DNA from: Sphyrna mokarran
Taxonomy: Eukaryota
Length of the DNA stretch: 64,000 bases
Direction of reading: 5' to 3'
Assembly: GCA_024679065.1 (NCBI GenBank)
Contig: JAGIQG010000010.1
Location: forward strand, 80,104,001-80,168,000
The notes below the pieces were generated by a model. That model did no database searches, was not told the origin of the DNA, and saw nothing but the letters and a program-made list of their open reading frames with translations. The position numbers and the translations under genes are program-made. Position 1 is the stretch's first letter, and each line of letters opens with the position of its first letter. This document shows positions 1 to 12,558 of this stretch, in pieces.

Positions 1-73
1 TCGGCGCAACATCGAAGGCCGAAGGGCCTGTTCTGTGCTGTAATGTTCTATGTTCTATGTTCTATGTTCTATG
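1..73 (+). mobile_element. 3' end of HER1/CR1 LINE
   Basis: GGCCGAAGGGCCTGTTCTGTGCTGTAA followed by (TTCTATG)n tail; near-identical to 8990-9056. Confidence 0.9.
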
Positions 74-1694
74 AGTTAATTAACCCTACAGACCATTGCC
101 AAGGTACAAAATTAATTTGCATTTCTTGAAGTTTATTTATGTGTTCTTTTTAAAGGTTTCAATGTAAATTCACTGGGGGATTGTGGTTACATTGCAACAT
201 ACGTAGAATGTGAAGCAGGTCATTCAGCCCAACTGGTCATGCTTGTACTTGTGCTTCACACCTCCTTTCAACCCTCTTCATCTAAGCTTTTAAGCACAAC
301 CTTCTCTTCATCTGTCCATGTGGCTTTCCTTTAAATATCTGAGACAGTTCAGATTCTCTTGTGCAAATGGCTTAATGGCAAAGCCACGTATAGAAACTAT
401 CATTTAAAACCTGAACCATTTACGCATGTCATTCTAAAGTTAGTGTAGCCCTGGTCTCACTGTGAATGCCAATTGTGGTAAATTACATGTTGGAGTAAAG
501 ATAAACATGCACTGAATAACGACAGAATAAACAATGGAAAAGATTGCACTGTCAAGCCACGTTGTACTGACTAAACTACCATCCAAGTTCACTTACAAAT
601 AAAAGCTTAGAAAACAAACTTTTAGAAACTCTTACTAATTCTTTTGATATGCAAAACAGCAATATGCTACAATGTAGAAACATTTCCCAAGACACGTATA
701 GAGTACAAATACACTGCGCTGTCCAAGTAATGCTTATATGGATACACAATTTACCTGACTGCAAAAGATGCTTTGGTAAAGTTACAGTAATCTTGTAGTA
801 GTTTTCATTAGTTCTTATGCTTGACAGTATCAGACTCTTTGATGTGGAGCACACCAACTTACTTGTCATAGTTACTGCAGGACTTCATTTCCTGCACACA
901 ATGTATTTGCAAACATGGAAATATATCCAAGCATGATGTGGAAAAACATTTTAAAATGTAGTGGTTTAACAAAAATGCAATTGATAACAGGCTGCTTATA
1001 GATTATTGAAATAGGCACATTTAGAGTAGAAAGCAATGTATGCATTCCTTGACCTGGAGTTTCCTCTGCATAGATTTCAGTTTAGTCACTGTCTCTTGCC
1101 TTCTCAGTGAAGATGAATTTCAAGAATTGTTTATTTTTATGTTTGAACTAGAAACTCTACAACATTTGTTCACTCTATAAGCTCCACTATTAAGTTCAAA
1201 CTGAGCAATGACTACATTTTGTCCTGCGTTTCAGAACATATTTTACATGCTAATATCAGATTTTAATTGCAAGATCATTGCCACTTGAAATGATTCTGCA
1301 ATAGTCCAGATTTATTGTATTGAGGGGTAGAGGATACCACCTGGTTTATACTTTGGGACAGATTTTATAACATCTGCTGACAAGTTAACATTTACTTATT
1401 TCAATTCTGAAGATTATTCCTGCCCATGAAGCTTCTCCACTGCCTAATGAGCAACCAAGCTGGTGGCAAGTGAGGAACCAATGAAAATAAAAATCAGATC
1501 ACTTGTAGATCAGGTAACAATTCAAAATGCCAGTATTTTTACATCTGGGTGGAAACTTGAAAATCTACTTGCACTAAATCATCAGTGGAACATACTTTTG
1601 TGGTTTAGATTTTTGCTATGAGGTAGGTAGATTGAGTCGAGGTGGATAGCTTGAGTTAGGAGATAGGAGAGAGCTAGAATTGAGCCTGCCATCC

Positions 1695-1752
1695 ACATTC
1701 AGATGAGATGTCATTTGACCTAAAACGTTAACTCTGTTTCTGAACACAGATC
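1695..1752 (+). mobile_element. Penelope-derived terminal remnant with degenerate hammerhead; continuation probably at 3061-3095
   Basis: CAGATGAGATGTCATTTGACCTAAAACGTTAACTCTGTTTC resembles the arms at 2500-2706 and 49795-50015; TTTCTCCAGCAATTTCTGTTTT follows the intervening LINE. Confidence 0.5.
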
Positions 1753-1789
1753 TCTCAGTCAAGTGATGGAAGGGTCAAAAAATAGTGCA

Positions 1790-3060
1790 ATTAAATGGCA
1801 TGTACTCAGCAATAACCTGGCAACTCAATTCCTGATCTTATCACAGCTTTGGTTCAAACATGGACAAAACAGCTGAACTCTAGAGGTGAAATGAGAGTGA
1901 CTGCCCTTGATATCAAGGCAGCAGTTAACTGAGTGTGGCATCACAGTGGTCAATCGGAATCGGGGGGAAACTCTCCACTAGTTGGAGTCGTACTGAGCAC
2001 AAAGACGATGGATAATGTGGTTATTGGAGGTTAATTGCCACACTTCCAGCACATCATTGTAGGAGTGCTTCAGAGTAGTGTCTTAGGCCCAGCTGTTCAG
2101 CTGCTACATCAATTACCTTCCCTTGATTATTAGATCAGAAGTGGGGGTGATAATTGTACAATCATCAATGTTCAGCATCATCTGTGACTCCTCAGATACT
2201 AAAACAGTCCGTGTCCAAATGCAACAAGACATGGACAATATCCAGGCTTGGGCTGACAACTGGCAAGCAATATTCATGCCAAGCAATGATAATCTCCAAT
2301 AAGAGATAATCTAACCATCACTCCTTGACATTCAATGGCGTCATCATCACTGAATTCCCCACTATCAAGATCCTGGGGATTACTATTCATCAGAAACTGA
2401 ATGGACCAGCCATATAAATGCCATGCTTATAAGAGTAGATCAGAAGCTAGGAATCCTGCAACTCACCTTCTCACTCCCTAAAGCACGTTCATCATCTACA
2501 AAACTACTGTGGATGCTGGAATCTGAAGCCAAAAGAAAAAATACTGGAAAATCTCAGCAAACCTGGCAGCAACTATAAGGAGAGAAAAGAGTTGTTGTTT
2601 TAAGTTCAGATGACCTTTTGTCAATGCTTTGAACAAAAGAGTCATCTGGACTCAAAACATTAGCTCTTTTCCCTCGTTACAGATGCTGCCAAACCTGCTG
2701 AGATCTGCAATGTACAAGTCATCTCTCTCCAAGGATTCTTACCACTTCCCTAGACGAGTGAAGCTCTAACAACACTCAAGAAGCTTGACATCACTCAGGA
2801 CAAAACAGCCTGCTTAATTGACAGCCCATTTACAAACATTAAATCTTTTCATCACTGAAACATAGTGGCAGCAGTATGCACCATCTACAAGTAGTACTTC
2901 AAGAACCTATGAAGTTTAGACAGCACCTTCCAAGCACACTCACTACAATGTAGAAAGCCAAAGGCAGGAGATACAAGGGACACCACTATCCTGACTTAGA
3001 AATATATCATTGTTCCTTCATCATAGTTGTGTTGAAGCCCTGGAACCCTATCCTTAACAA
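1790..3060 (+). mobile_element. Decayed CR1-group (Crack/L2-like) LINE reverse transcriptase fragment
   Basis: Translates to DLITALVQTWTKQLNSRGEMRVTALDIKAA, GVLQSSVLGP, MQQDMDNIQAWADNWQ with frameshifts. Confidence 0.8.
2500..2706. mobile_element. Palindromic Penelope-derived mini-element with two degenerate hammerheads
   Basis: Arms CTCAGCAAACCTGGCAGC..CAGATGACCTTTTGTCAA and TTGAACAAAAGAGTCATCTGG..GCTGCCAAACCTGCTGAG are reverse complements; inserted in the LINE. Confidence 0.8.
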
Positions 3061-3292
3061 AGTTTCTCCAGCAATTTCTGTTTTCTTTATTTTATTAACA
3101 GAAGCTTTATCCATTACTCACCTTTTAATCTTGTCAAAATCAATACACATGGTAAGGATAACAAATTCCAATCTCATAAAATTCTCAATCAAATGAAGTA
3201 AAGATTTTACTTCAAATTATTCAAGCTGGCCCTTGCTGAGTTAATGCCTTTGTGAATAGTACAGGAGTTGAATATTGCTGAAAAGAGAGTTA

Positions 3293-3502
3293 TGGGGCAG
3301 AATTTTCCATGCAATCTGCTGAATGTTTCATAGCAGCAGAGGCAGCCCATCACTGACCAGTAGCAGGAGTTTCTGACCCTGCTGTTGTTAATGTGAGTTT
3401 TCAGTTGAATGCACCCCTTTCCACCAGGAAACCTTTGGCAGAGATGGGCCTTTAGTGGGATCCAAAGATCCATTCAGAGTGAAGAGTTGGAAAATTTCAG
3501 CT
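3293..3502. mobile_element. Harbinger-type MITE
   Basis: Termini GGGGCAGAATTTTCC / GGAAAATTTCAGC flanked by TAT-like sites. Confidence 0.5.
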
Positions 3503-4429
3503 ATGTTGCTGAAGTTTTTCAATTTACACTCATCAGGACAAATGTAGTTTCAAATGAGCATCACAATTTATACTACAGGAGAAGAGTGTCGATTGGTTGG
3601 CGTTCGACACTAAGTGGCTGAGATTTTGCTATGGAAAAAGTAATGAGGAACTATCAGCCCCCCAAGCTCCTGAGTTGTTTGTAACAGGCAAAGTACAGAT
3701 CATAACCAACCGACCTGCACATGCAAAACTAAAACCAAACTGTATTCTGTCAGCAAAAGGACTATGTTCAAACTTCATGCCTTTCTTTGATTTACCTGGG
3801 AGCTGGGGGAGCCAGATTAAGGCTGTCTCTGTGAAAATATAGCCCTTAGACTTTGAATTATTTTTAAGTTTGCTAATTATTGATTATTTTGCATGTAGTT
3901 AAACTAATCACAGGTACCAAAAGGCACACCTTATCAAACAACACTATGATTGCGATACGTGTTAACTATTCTTCCTCATTTTCTTTACCTGCAATATGTT
4001 TTTGAACATGGGATAGGAAACTTAATTCCAGGTTAGCTGCCAGAGGTGAATGAGATCAGTCTGACAGCACTTCATTGAAAATTCAGTACAGGAGATTTCT
4101 ACATGAAGTTGCACCCTCTCTGCCTAAGAGTTTCCATCCATTAGGCATCTGATCCATTGAAACAGAATTTTTATTTCTCTTTTATTGAAATTTGCATTGG
4201 AAGAGCAGAGTAGAAGGATTATTTGATCTTTCTTTCTTTCCTTTCATGCAGTGTCCTCACTATCTAAGGGTTCTTAACCTTGGGTCAACAATGTTATGAC
4301 ATCATCATGGAGAAAGTAGGAGAGGCAGGCCCTAAGAACTAATTCAGCTGGTACCATATACCATCAGTATTATTTAGCACCACTCCAACTATTTGAAATA
4401 ATCAACCCTAGCAGACAGAAAAAATATCT

Positions 4430-4557
4430 TGGACAGGAATCTACAATCACACTTGACTCGAGACCAGAAAATCCCATTAGGGGTCAACAAACTTTTCCAT
4501 TATCCGCCCCTCACCCACTCCAATTTCCATGGCAGGTGGGGCAATAGAATTCTGGCA
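4430..4557. mobile_element. Short Harbinger-type MITE
   Basis: GGACAGGAATCT..AGAATTCTGGC termini; similar to 62723-62852. Confidence 0.5.
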
Positions 4558-4599
4558 AATGAACTGAATGACCTGCTTCCATGCTTGGATGATTCCACG

Positions 4600-4882
4600 A
4601 TTCATTCTGAGGATATAGGCATCATTAGCAATGTTGTTGATCTTTATTGTTCATCCTTAATTGCCCTGAGAAGGTGATGTTGGGCCTTGTTATTGAATAG
4701 CTACCGTCCAATGAAATTATTTGTTTGGTTTGAAGGATTAACTTGTTAGGGCATATCACAGGGCAAGTTAGAGTCAACACAACAGTGACACTGGAATCAC
4801 GTTTAAGCCAATCTGGGTAAAGGGGGCAAATTTTCCCTTTATAATTTGAACCTGTTAATTTTTTATGATAATCCAACAACTT
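4600..4882 (-). mobile_element. Decayed MetaSINE-like SINE (3' part)
   Basis: Similar to 15668-15960; tail TTTATTGTTCATCCTTAATTGCCCTGAG shared with the CR1-group LINE 3' end at 51230-51446. Confidence 0.5.
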
Positions 4883-6001
4883 TAGAACCATAGAAAAGTT
4901 ACAGTCCAGAAGGAGGCCATTCAGCCCGTCTTGTCCTTGAGGGCCCAGGAACATCCAGATGCTCTTTTTCATCCCACCTTCCTGCACTTGGCTCATAGCC
5001 CTGTGGATTACAGCAGTTAAGGTGCAGATCTAGGTTCTTTTTAAAAGAGTTTAAGGTCTCTGGCTCCAACACCAACTCAGGTAGTGAACTCCAGACATCC
5101 ACCATCCTCTGCATAAAAAAGTTCTTCACGTAATTTCTACACATACTGCAATTTATCTTGAATCAATATCCAAATGGTTCTAGAATTCTCCACTAAAGGA
5201 AACTTTCTCTCTCTTCCCTTCATAATTTTGGACACTTCTATCAAGTCTTTAGCCCCAGTCTTCTTCATTCAAAGGAAAATAACACCAACCTAACCAATCT
5301 GTCCTCATAGTTATACCTTTCTAGACCTGGCAACATTCTTGTAAACCCCTCTGCACTCTCTCCAGGGCAATTACATCTTTGCTGTAATATGGTGACCAGC
5401 ACTGCATGCAATACTCAGTTGTAGCCTCACTGGTGTCTTATACAATTCCAACTTTATATCCTTACTTTTATATTCTATACTTCTGCCAATCATAGAATTA
5501 ACAATGTAGAAGGAGACCACTTAGTCCATCAAGTCTGCATCAATCACAATCCCAGCCAGGCCCTATCCTTATAACAACATGCAATTAACCTAGCCAGTCC
5601 CCCTGATATTTGGGTCAATTTAGCATAGCCACTCCACCCAACCCGCACACCTTTGGACTATGGGAAGAAACTGGAGCACCCAGAGGAAATCCACACAGAC
5701 ACAGGGAGAATGTGCAAATTCCACACACACAGTGGAGCGAACTTGGTGCTGTGAGGCAGCAGTGCTAACCACAGTACCACAGTGCTGCCCAGAATGAAGG
5801 AGAGCATTCCATATGCTTTCTTTCCAACCTTGTCTACTTGAACTGCTATCTCTTGGGACCTGTGTACATGTATATTAAGATCTCTGACTTCATTTACCCC
5901 TCTGAGTATATTCCTATTTATCATGTACCCCAGTAACTATTTGAACTCTCTAAATGCTTACCACACAATTATCTGTCTTGAAATCCATCTGCCACTTCAC
6001 A
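4883..6001 (-). mobile_element. CR1 LINE 3' fragment, interrupted by a SINE
   Basis: ORF2 C-terminal peptides KNFFMQRMVDVWSSLP and RDLNIHVHRSQEIAVQVDKVGKKAYGMLSFI; TTCTA-type tail at 4883. Confidence 0.85.
5490..5791 (-). mobile_element. HE1-type tRNA-derived V-SINE
   Basis: Reverse strand GGGCAGCACTGTGGTACTGTGGTTAGCACTGCTGCCTCACAGC head, V core (GGAATTTGCACATTCTCCC), CR1-like tail. Confidence 0.85.
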
Positions 6002-6775
6002 TCTATAGCGCCTGGAAAAATCCAGCCCTATATATGTACATATTTTGAATTACGGTAGTTCCCTTTCATTAATTAAAATATTTTTATGTTACATCTTCCA
6101 TCTGATGTTTACTAGAAGCTGTTATTGATTGGACCAGGTTGTTCAAGTACTAGACTCACATATGTCAACATGCTGCTTTACTTTGAACATAAAAAAGTCA
6201 TAGCAAGAACACGAAATTTGTATCTATATATATGATTTTGTTGAGAAATCCTTTCTGTTTGTGTGACCCTGATCATGAAGTCTAAATGAGATTGTTAGTG
6301 GAATGGAAAAACATACATTTTTTTGGAAGAATACTGAATGTAAGGTTCAGACAATTTGTGGATCAAATGTTTTGAAGGTGGTGACCTTCAAAAATTATAG
6401 TTTAGTTATATGTTGTTAAGTATAATTCTGAAATGTAGCCTTCCAACTGAACTGTTGGAAGGAGTCCTAAAGCTTTCAGGCAGACCAACTATTGCCTGAC
6501 TTGCATAATTCCCAGCCCACACTTCATTTTTGCTGGTGCAATGGAAACCTGGGGCAGGAAATCCTCACCATGAGTGGCAGGGTTCATGTGAGAATCCCAA
6601 AGAACCACGGCTGAGTCACAGCAGGCCACAGCTGAGGACCTCAGCAAGCTTTGAGATTCTGCAAGCCATGGCTGAGAGGCTTGAGAGCTTGCAGGAGACC
6701 CAGCGGAACAGTGCTGGGATTCAGTGCACTATGGCAACAACACTTGAGAACATGGCCCAGTCACAGAGGTCATGA

Positions 6776-6897
6776 TATAGAGAAGTGTTCTGACCAGAAC
6801 ACTGCATTTGCCTGACGAAGATGAAAAGTCAAAAGCTCACAGATTTACTATCAAATAAATCGGTTGGATTTAAAATTGGTGTTACCAGAGTCTTACT
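6776..6897 (+). mobile_element. About 120-bp Penelope 3'-end insertion (hammerhead plus AATAAA)
   Basis: Reverse complement of 26645-26745; flanked by CAGTCACAGAGG(G)TCATG at 6758-6775 and 6898-6915. Confidence 0.8.
6806..6844 (+). ncRNA. Minimal type-I hammerhead ribozyme motif (G12 mutated)
   Basis: ATTTGC-CTGACGA-A-GAT-GAAAA-GTC-AAAA-GCTC-ACAGAT. Confidence 0.7.
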
Positions 6898-7959
6898 CAG
6901 TCACAGAGGGTCATGGCTGAGGGACTGCAGAGTGTGGCCAAGTCACAGAGGATACTTGCTGCTCCCATTGACAGGTGGCTCCCGACTCAGAGGGTCATTG
7001 CAGAGGGCTTGGCCAACATGGCTAAAATGCAGGTGGTCTTCTAGGACTGGCAGAACCAGGTGAATTGGGGGAAACACTACAATGATTGTGGTTGGGGGTT
7101 GCCTGACCACGTCCCCCTCCCCTACAAGCTATGCTTACCATATCAGCCCCAGTGAGACTCCCGCAACATTGTGTGTGAACCTGTGATAAATTGCACCTTT
7201 TAAAAATATGATGAGAGGTCAAGATAACGGCAAGGTGGGATGTTGAATGATATAAATTGTGTTGTAAACCAGATTCATGTCAGAAATGTGCATAAACCTG
7301 ATGACATTGCCAGCGAATAACGGAGAAGATCCGAAGTCATAGTCCTGCTAGCAATAGCTGCGATTTCCGGTTTTGGGCCTCACTGCAGAAGTACTACCCA
7401 GGGGCCTTCAGGAGCTCAAAGGGAAGAAGATGGACTTGAGTCACTGCTGGGACTCCCATCCATGAGACTCTGGCAATGGATACATCCCCCCTTGCTGACA
7501 CTGGGACATCTCAAGACCAGCAGAATGAAGAGGGTGTCACGCAAACATCCCAGACATCTTGAAGCCAGCCAGGGCCCACAAGGTACAGGCCCTCGAGAGG
7601 ACAATCGCCAAGGGCATCACAGCCCATGGGGTGCAGTACAGACCTTTTCACCTCTGACATATATATATAAGGGATACCAAAATGTATGGGTATGCTATGG
7701 AAAGATAAAAAATTGTAGCAGAGGTAAGGTGGCACAGTAGAAGGGCAACACTAGATAGATAGAATATTTAGGCACTTCATAATCTCATGTTCATGTTTTT
7801 ATATTATCATTTATTTTGAAGGCACTTTTATTGGCACAAATTTCATACCACACCTGTGACTAATTTGTCTCTGATTAGCCTCTAACAGATGTGTACTTAC
7901 CTTTACAGTCATTGGTGGACCCTTCAAGTTGATGTAACTGGGGGAGGTGCCTTAGCACA

Positions 7960-8265
7960 TGGCTCAAATAATTCACTGGCTACATCACCCCATCTCCCCC
8001 ACCACTACTACCATCACCTCACCCAACCTGGGGCCTTGTATGGATGTTTTGTGCTCCCGTAGCCACTATCCAGATGTGGGTCACACACCAATTGCACATT
8101 TATTGAACGAAAGTCCTTCGTGTTCACGAATTTTCGTGGTCCCTTCACCAGGGCCTTGAGGGAGACATGGGTGCAGTGTTTTGCCCTCTGCACATGTGAC
8201 ATCCCCACAATGGTCGTGAATCCTGCAATCCCGGCTTCCTGCCCATGGGGAATAAAAAATAAAAC
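7960..8265 (-). pseudogene. PIF/Harbinger DDE transposase (HARBI1-like) fragment
   Basis: HCTHVSLKA..FVNTKDFRSINVQLVCD matches the HARBI1-family motif IDCTHV..NRKGFHSINVQLVCD; first catalytic Asp is lost. Confidence 0.8.
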
Positions 8266-8309
8266 ACTGGGGGTGATCCTGAGCTCGCATTCGCCATCTA
8301 TTTGAATGC

Positions 8310-10035
8310 TATTGGGGGTTCAAAATCCACAAGTTGCAGCTATTGCTGGCGGGAATACGACTTTGGATCTTCTCCGTTACACAGAAGCAACATCATCAGG
8401 TTTATGCACATAACAGGCATGAACCTGATTTACAAACATTTTATATAATTAAACATCCCATCCTGCTGTTATCTTGACCTCTCATCAAATTTTTAAAAGG
8501 TGCAATTTATCACAGGTTCACACACAGTGAACATGTTGCGGGAGTCTCACTGGGACCGATATGGTAAGCATAGCTCGTAGGGGAAGGGGACATGGCCAGG
8601 CAACCCCCAACCTCAATCATCATTTGCAGGTCTTATGAAGAGACGCTGAGGGATTTGAGGTTGTTTTTGTTAGAAAGGAGGCAGCTGAGAGGGGACCTAA
8701 TCGAAACATATAAGATGATTAGAGGTTTAGATAGGGTGGATAGTGATAGCCTTTTTCCTAGGATGGAAAAAGCTAGCACGAGGGGACACAGCTTTAAATT
8801 AAGGGGTGATAGTTATAGGACGGATATCAGAGGTAGGTTCTTTACCCAAAGGGTGGTTCGGGAGTGGAATGCCCTGCCTGCAGCAGATGTAGATGCGCCA
8901 AGTTTGGTGGCGTTTAAGAGGTTAGTTGATAAGTATATGGAAGAGAAGGGAATGGTTTAGTTTGGAGGGGCATTGCTTTTTATATTGGTCAGCGCAACAT
9001 TGAAGGCTGAAGGGCCTGTTCTGTGCTGTAATGTTCTATGTTCTATGTTCTATGTTCATTAGTGTTTCCCCCAACTGCCTGATAATGCCCCATGACACTG
9101 CATTGTGTCATGATACTGTCAGGTTGGCAACATGCCATTCTGGCAGTGCCACCCTGGAAGTGCCAACCTGGCAGTTGTCAACTTGTGCCAAGGGGTAGGC
9201 TCCAGTGGGAGCTTCATGGGGGCTTCATGCAGATGTGGTTGCGGGCCAGGAGCAGACAGAAGAGCAGAAGATGCCAGCGATGGTCATTTGGTGGAGGTGG
9301 GGGGAGGTGAGAGAGAGAGAATGGTCCAATGATCATGGTGGGCAGGTGGAAGGAGCAGAGGCTGATGATTATTGCAGGAGAAATAGGACCAACGATCACT
9401 GGGGAATGGGGAAGGGGTCAATGATTGCTCTGAGCAAAGAAAATTTCAATGATCACAGGGGGGATGGGAGAGGGGGTCAATGGTGGTCATGGGGAAGATA
9501 AGAGTTGATGATCAATGTGGGGGAAAAGGAGCCAATGGTTGTGGGGGGAGTAGTAGGGGCTGATGATCACGATGAGGGGGAGAAGGGAACGATGATCAAT
9601 GGTGATGGGGGGGGGAGAAGGGCCTAATGATCGGCCCAATGGGAGGGAGAAGGGGCTGATGATCATGATGGGGGAAGAAAGAGCTGATGATCATGGGAAG
9701 TAGAGGTTGGGAGAGATGTGGTGAATGCAGCCAGAATAAATGCTGGCTCTGATCAGGTGTTTGAAGGGGAGTCCCTGAAGCCTTTGTGGTGGGGTTGGGG
9801 GGATTAATACTACTCTGATCGGGCTACTGTTTATTATTGGTACCCCATCTCTAAGCAGCCAGGTTTTGCCTGTATTGAAGCACTGCCCCCATGGCATGAA
9901 TCAGCCTCTCCCTTGATTTTATTTTGGCAGAGTGTTGTAAGATTTAGAGAGAAAACCGACTAGTTTCTCTGAAGAGGAACACACTGATTTTCTCGCCAGA
10001 AAGAACTCTGCCATTTTTAGTAAGATTTTGCCAGG
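8310..10035. mobile_element. Non-autonomous Harbinger-like element with internal G-rich degenerate repeats (9300-9700)
   Basis: GGGGGTTCAAAAT start, GCCATTTTTAGTAAGATTTTGCC end (end shared with the 60300 region); GGCAGTGCCAACC motifs shared with 13580 and 20190. Confidence 0.55.
8629..9056 (+). mobile_element. Young 5'-truncated HER1/CR1 LINE
   Basis: Open ORF2 C-terminus RSYEETLRDLRLFLLERRQLRGDLIETYK..FFTQRVVREWNALP, stop at 8960, (TTCTATG)3 tail. Confidence 0.92.
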
Positions 10036-11243
10036 CATCTTTCCATGCAGTAACCTGTCTTTTGGTTCAGATAGCATTCAGTAGGTGCTCAAGATTCATT
10101 CTCATGATTTGTGTCATCTGAACCTCTTGAAAAGTTAATATATTGCAATACATCCAAAATACATTTTATCTATAGTGCATACTGTTGAGTAAATAATGCA
10201 ATACATTACTGAAATAATAATGCCCTTCCACTTGGCATGCAATGCTTTAATCCTGCTAACAATGCTTTGCATGTACCACATGTCTCAGCCAGTTATGAAG
10301 CTGGGAATAATGCAATACATCTTAAATGAGGGTTTTTTTTCTCTCCCTTGAACATTATAAGCAGTGGGTATTAAAACAATAACAGATATTCACAAGTAAT
10401 TTGAAGATTGTAACTCAATCTTAGGGTTCAGCTTATGTCGGTGAACTACTCAAGCAAAGTTCTCACGGCTTATTGCGTCATCTGAATTCTTTGTTGGATG
10501 ATAGTTTTTAAACCCTTTTCCAACTCTATTATTTGATTTGTAACATGATAGTATCACAATTTGTTTTACATTAAAGCACTTTTCAGAAGCATTCTTAGGA
10601 TTTTCTTATCTTTCACTCCTGAAAGGAACGGTACAATTCTTTGTCTTCATAATTGCCTTTATTGTGCTGTACTAAGATCTCCCCAGGAGACTAGCCACAT
10701 CTGATAGTTCGGCTGCATTTGTTATTTTGATGCTACTTAGAACAGTGATGCAAGTAGTTAAATTAGTTCTATATAAAATTAAATCAAGGAGGTTAAAACC
10801 AACTGCAAACAAAGCCAATTTGCTCATTTTGTGTTAATTGCATAGGACAGCTTTCATGTGATAAATATAAAGCAGTGTTTTACATTTAGTATACTCCAAG
10901 TGGATTCAAATTTTAGAATTAATGCAAAATTGAATTCCAGCATTCATGTGGTGGTTCTTATTGTGACCACTTGTTCTATGTAATGAAGTACAGTAGAAAG
11001 AGTGAACTCAGTTGGACTGCTATTGTATTGCAATGATTGAATTAATGTGCACATACTAGGGTCTGCTGTTCAAATTTGCAACACGTGTCAAGATAGAATG
11101 GGTTGGAGTGATTGAAAGTGAGAAAAAAAGGCAAGAAGGAAGACCATGGCAAAAAGTAATGTAATCATGCAAGAAAGGCAAAAATGGTGAGGCTAATGCC
11201 ACATTCATCAACGTATTGACATGTGATTCGCCCTAACCCCTTC

Positions 11244-11590
11244 ATAAGAATATAAGAAATTGAAGTATCAATAAATTATTCTGTCCATCGAGCCTGCTTC
11301 ACCATTTAATAAGATTGTAACTAATCCTTAATCTCAACAATGCTTGCCAATCCAACCCGTGTGACTCTCTTACAGTTCAAAGTTCTACTGATCAAGCCTT
11401 GAATATACTAAATGAAGAAGAATCCAAAGACCCCTAGGGTAGAGAATTTCAAAGTTTCAGAATTCTCTGGGTATAAATTTTTCTTCATTTAAATCCAAAA
11501 TGGACATCTCTTATCCCAACACTCTCCTTCTCATTCTGGACGCTCCAGCCAGTAGAAACAGCCTTGCAGCACCTACTGTCTCTGCCGTCT
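11244..11590 (-). mobile_element. CR1 3' end fragment
   Basis: CATAAGAATATAAGAAAT tail and GAGCCTGCTTCACCATTTAATAAGAT 3' UTR motif on the reverse strand. Confidence 0.75.
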
Positions 11591-12558
11591 TCGACAGGAT
11601 TAATTAATGACCTCAGCATAAAGGCAACCCACCCCCACCTCCCCGCCTGCTCCCCCCCAACCCCCACCTCCCCAAGTATCAGCAACCACAATATGATTGA
11701 ATTTACATCCAATTTGAAGGGGAGAAGATTTGGTCTAAGAGTAGTAATTTAAATGTAAATAAGGATAACTATGTGGGCATGAAAATTGAGCTAGCTGAAA
11801 TGAACTAGGATACTAGGCTAAGGGACAAATCAGTAAAAATTAGTAGCAGACATTTAAGGGGATATTTCATAATATTCTGAATACATACATTTCTATTATA
11901 AAGAAAAATTCTAAAGAAAGGACCCATCATACATGGCTAACCAAAGAAGCTAAAGAAGGAAAAAGCATATAACTGTGCAAAGGTGAGTGGCAAGTCAGAT
12001 AATTGGTCAGAATATAAAGAACAGTAGAGAATAACTAAAAAGTTAATCAGGAAAAAGAATGGATGGCAAGGTTTTCTGCAGATACTTGAAAAGGAAAAGA
12101 GTAATTAGAGTCAGTGTTGGTTCACAAGAGAATGGAGAATTAATAGTAGATAATAAGGAAATGGGAGATTAAATGAATAAATACATTACTTCAATCTTTA
12201 CTATCAAAGATACAAAGAAATTCCAATAATAGCTATAAGTTGAGAGGTGAAAGGAAGAAAGGAACTGAGTGAAATTCCAATCACTAGAGTAGAGGTACTG
12301 AGCAAACTGAGAAGCTATGGACTGACAAGTCTCGAGTCCAAATGGACTTGATCCTAGTGCTCTAAAAGAAGTAACTAGTGAGATTAGAGTTAATTTCCCA
12401 AAATTCACTAGAATCTGCCAAAGGTTCTATCAGACATGGCAAGTAACAAATATACTCAAGAGGGAGGGAGGCAGAAAACAGGAAATTTGAGGCCAGTTAG
12501 CTTGGTGTCTTTTGTAGGAAGGCGTTAGAATTGATCATGAAGGAGTTCATTGCTGGGC

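Larger units (their letters stand above)
6530..7700 (+). pseudogene. Harbinger accessory (Myb/SANT-partner) gene remnant, coiled-coil repeat region
   Basis: Heptad-like repeats MAERLESLQETQ..ENMAQSQRVMAEGLQSVA; convergent with the HARBI1-like fragment; interrupted at 6776-6897 and 7062-7397. Confidence 0.55.

Noticed and set aside
7960-8265. Domesticated HARBI1 gene
   Set aside because: Short, frameshifted, first catalytic Asp altered and embedded in transposon debris
9300-9700. G-rich repeats with recurring GATCA as a CRISPR-like array or G-quadruplex element
   Set aside because: Degenerate internal repeats of a Harbinger-like MITE (mirror C-rich form at 13200-13500); no constant repeat-spacer structure; eukaryotic context
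10425-10511. Possible terminal exon GSAYVGELLKQSSHGLLRHLNSLLDDSF*
   Set aside because: Weak acceptor, no recognisable homology, no partner exons; RNA-seq or tBLASTn would be needed
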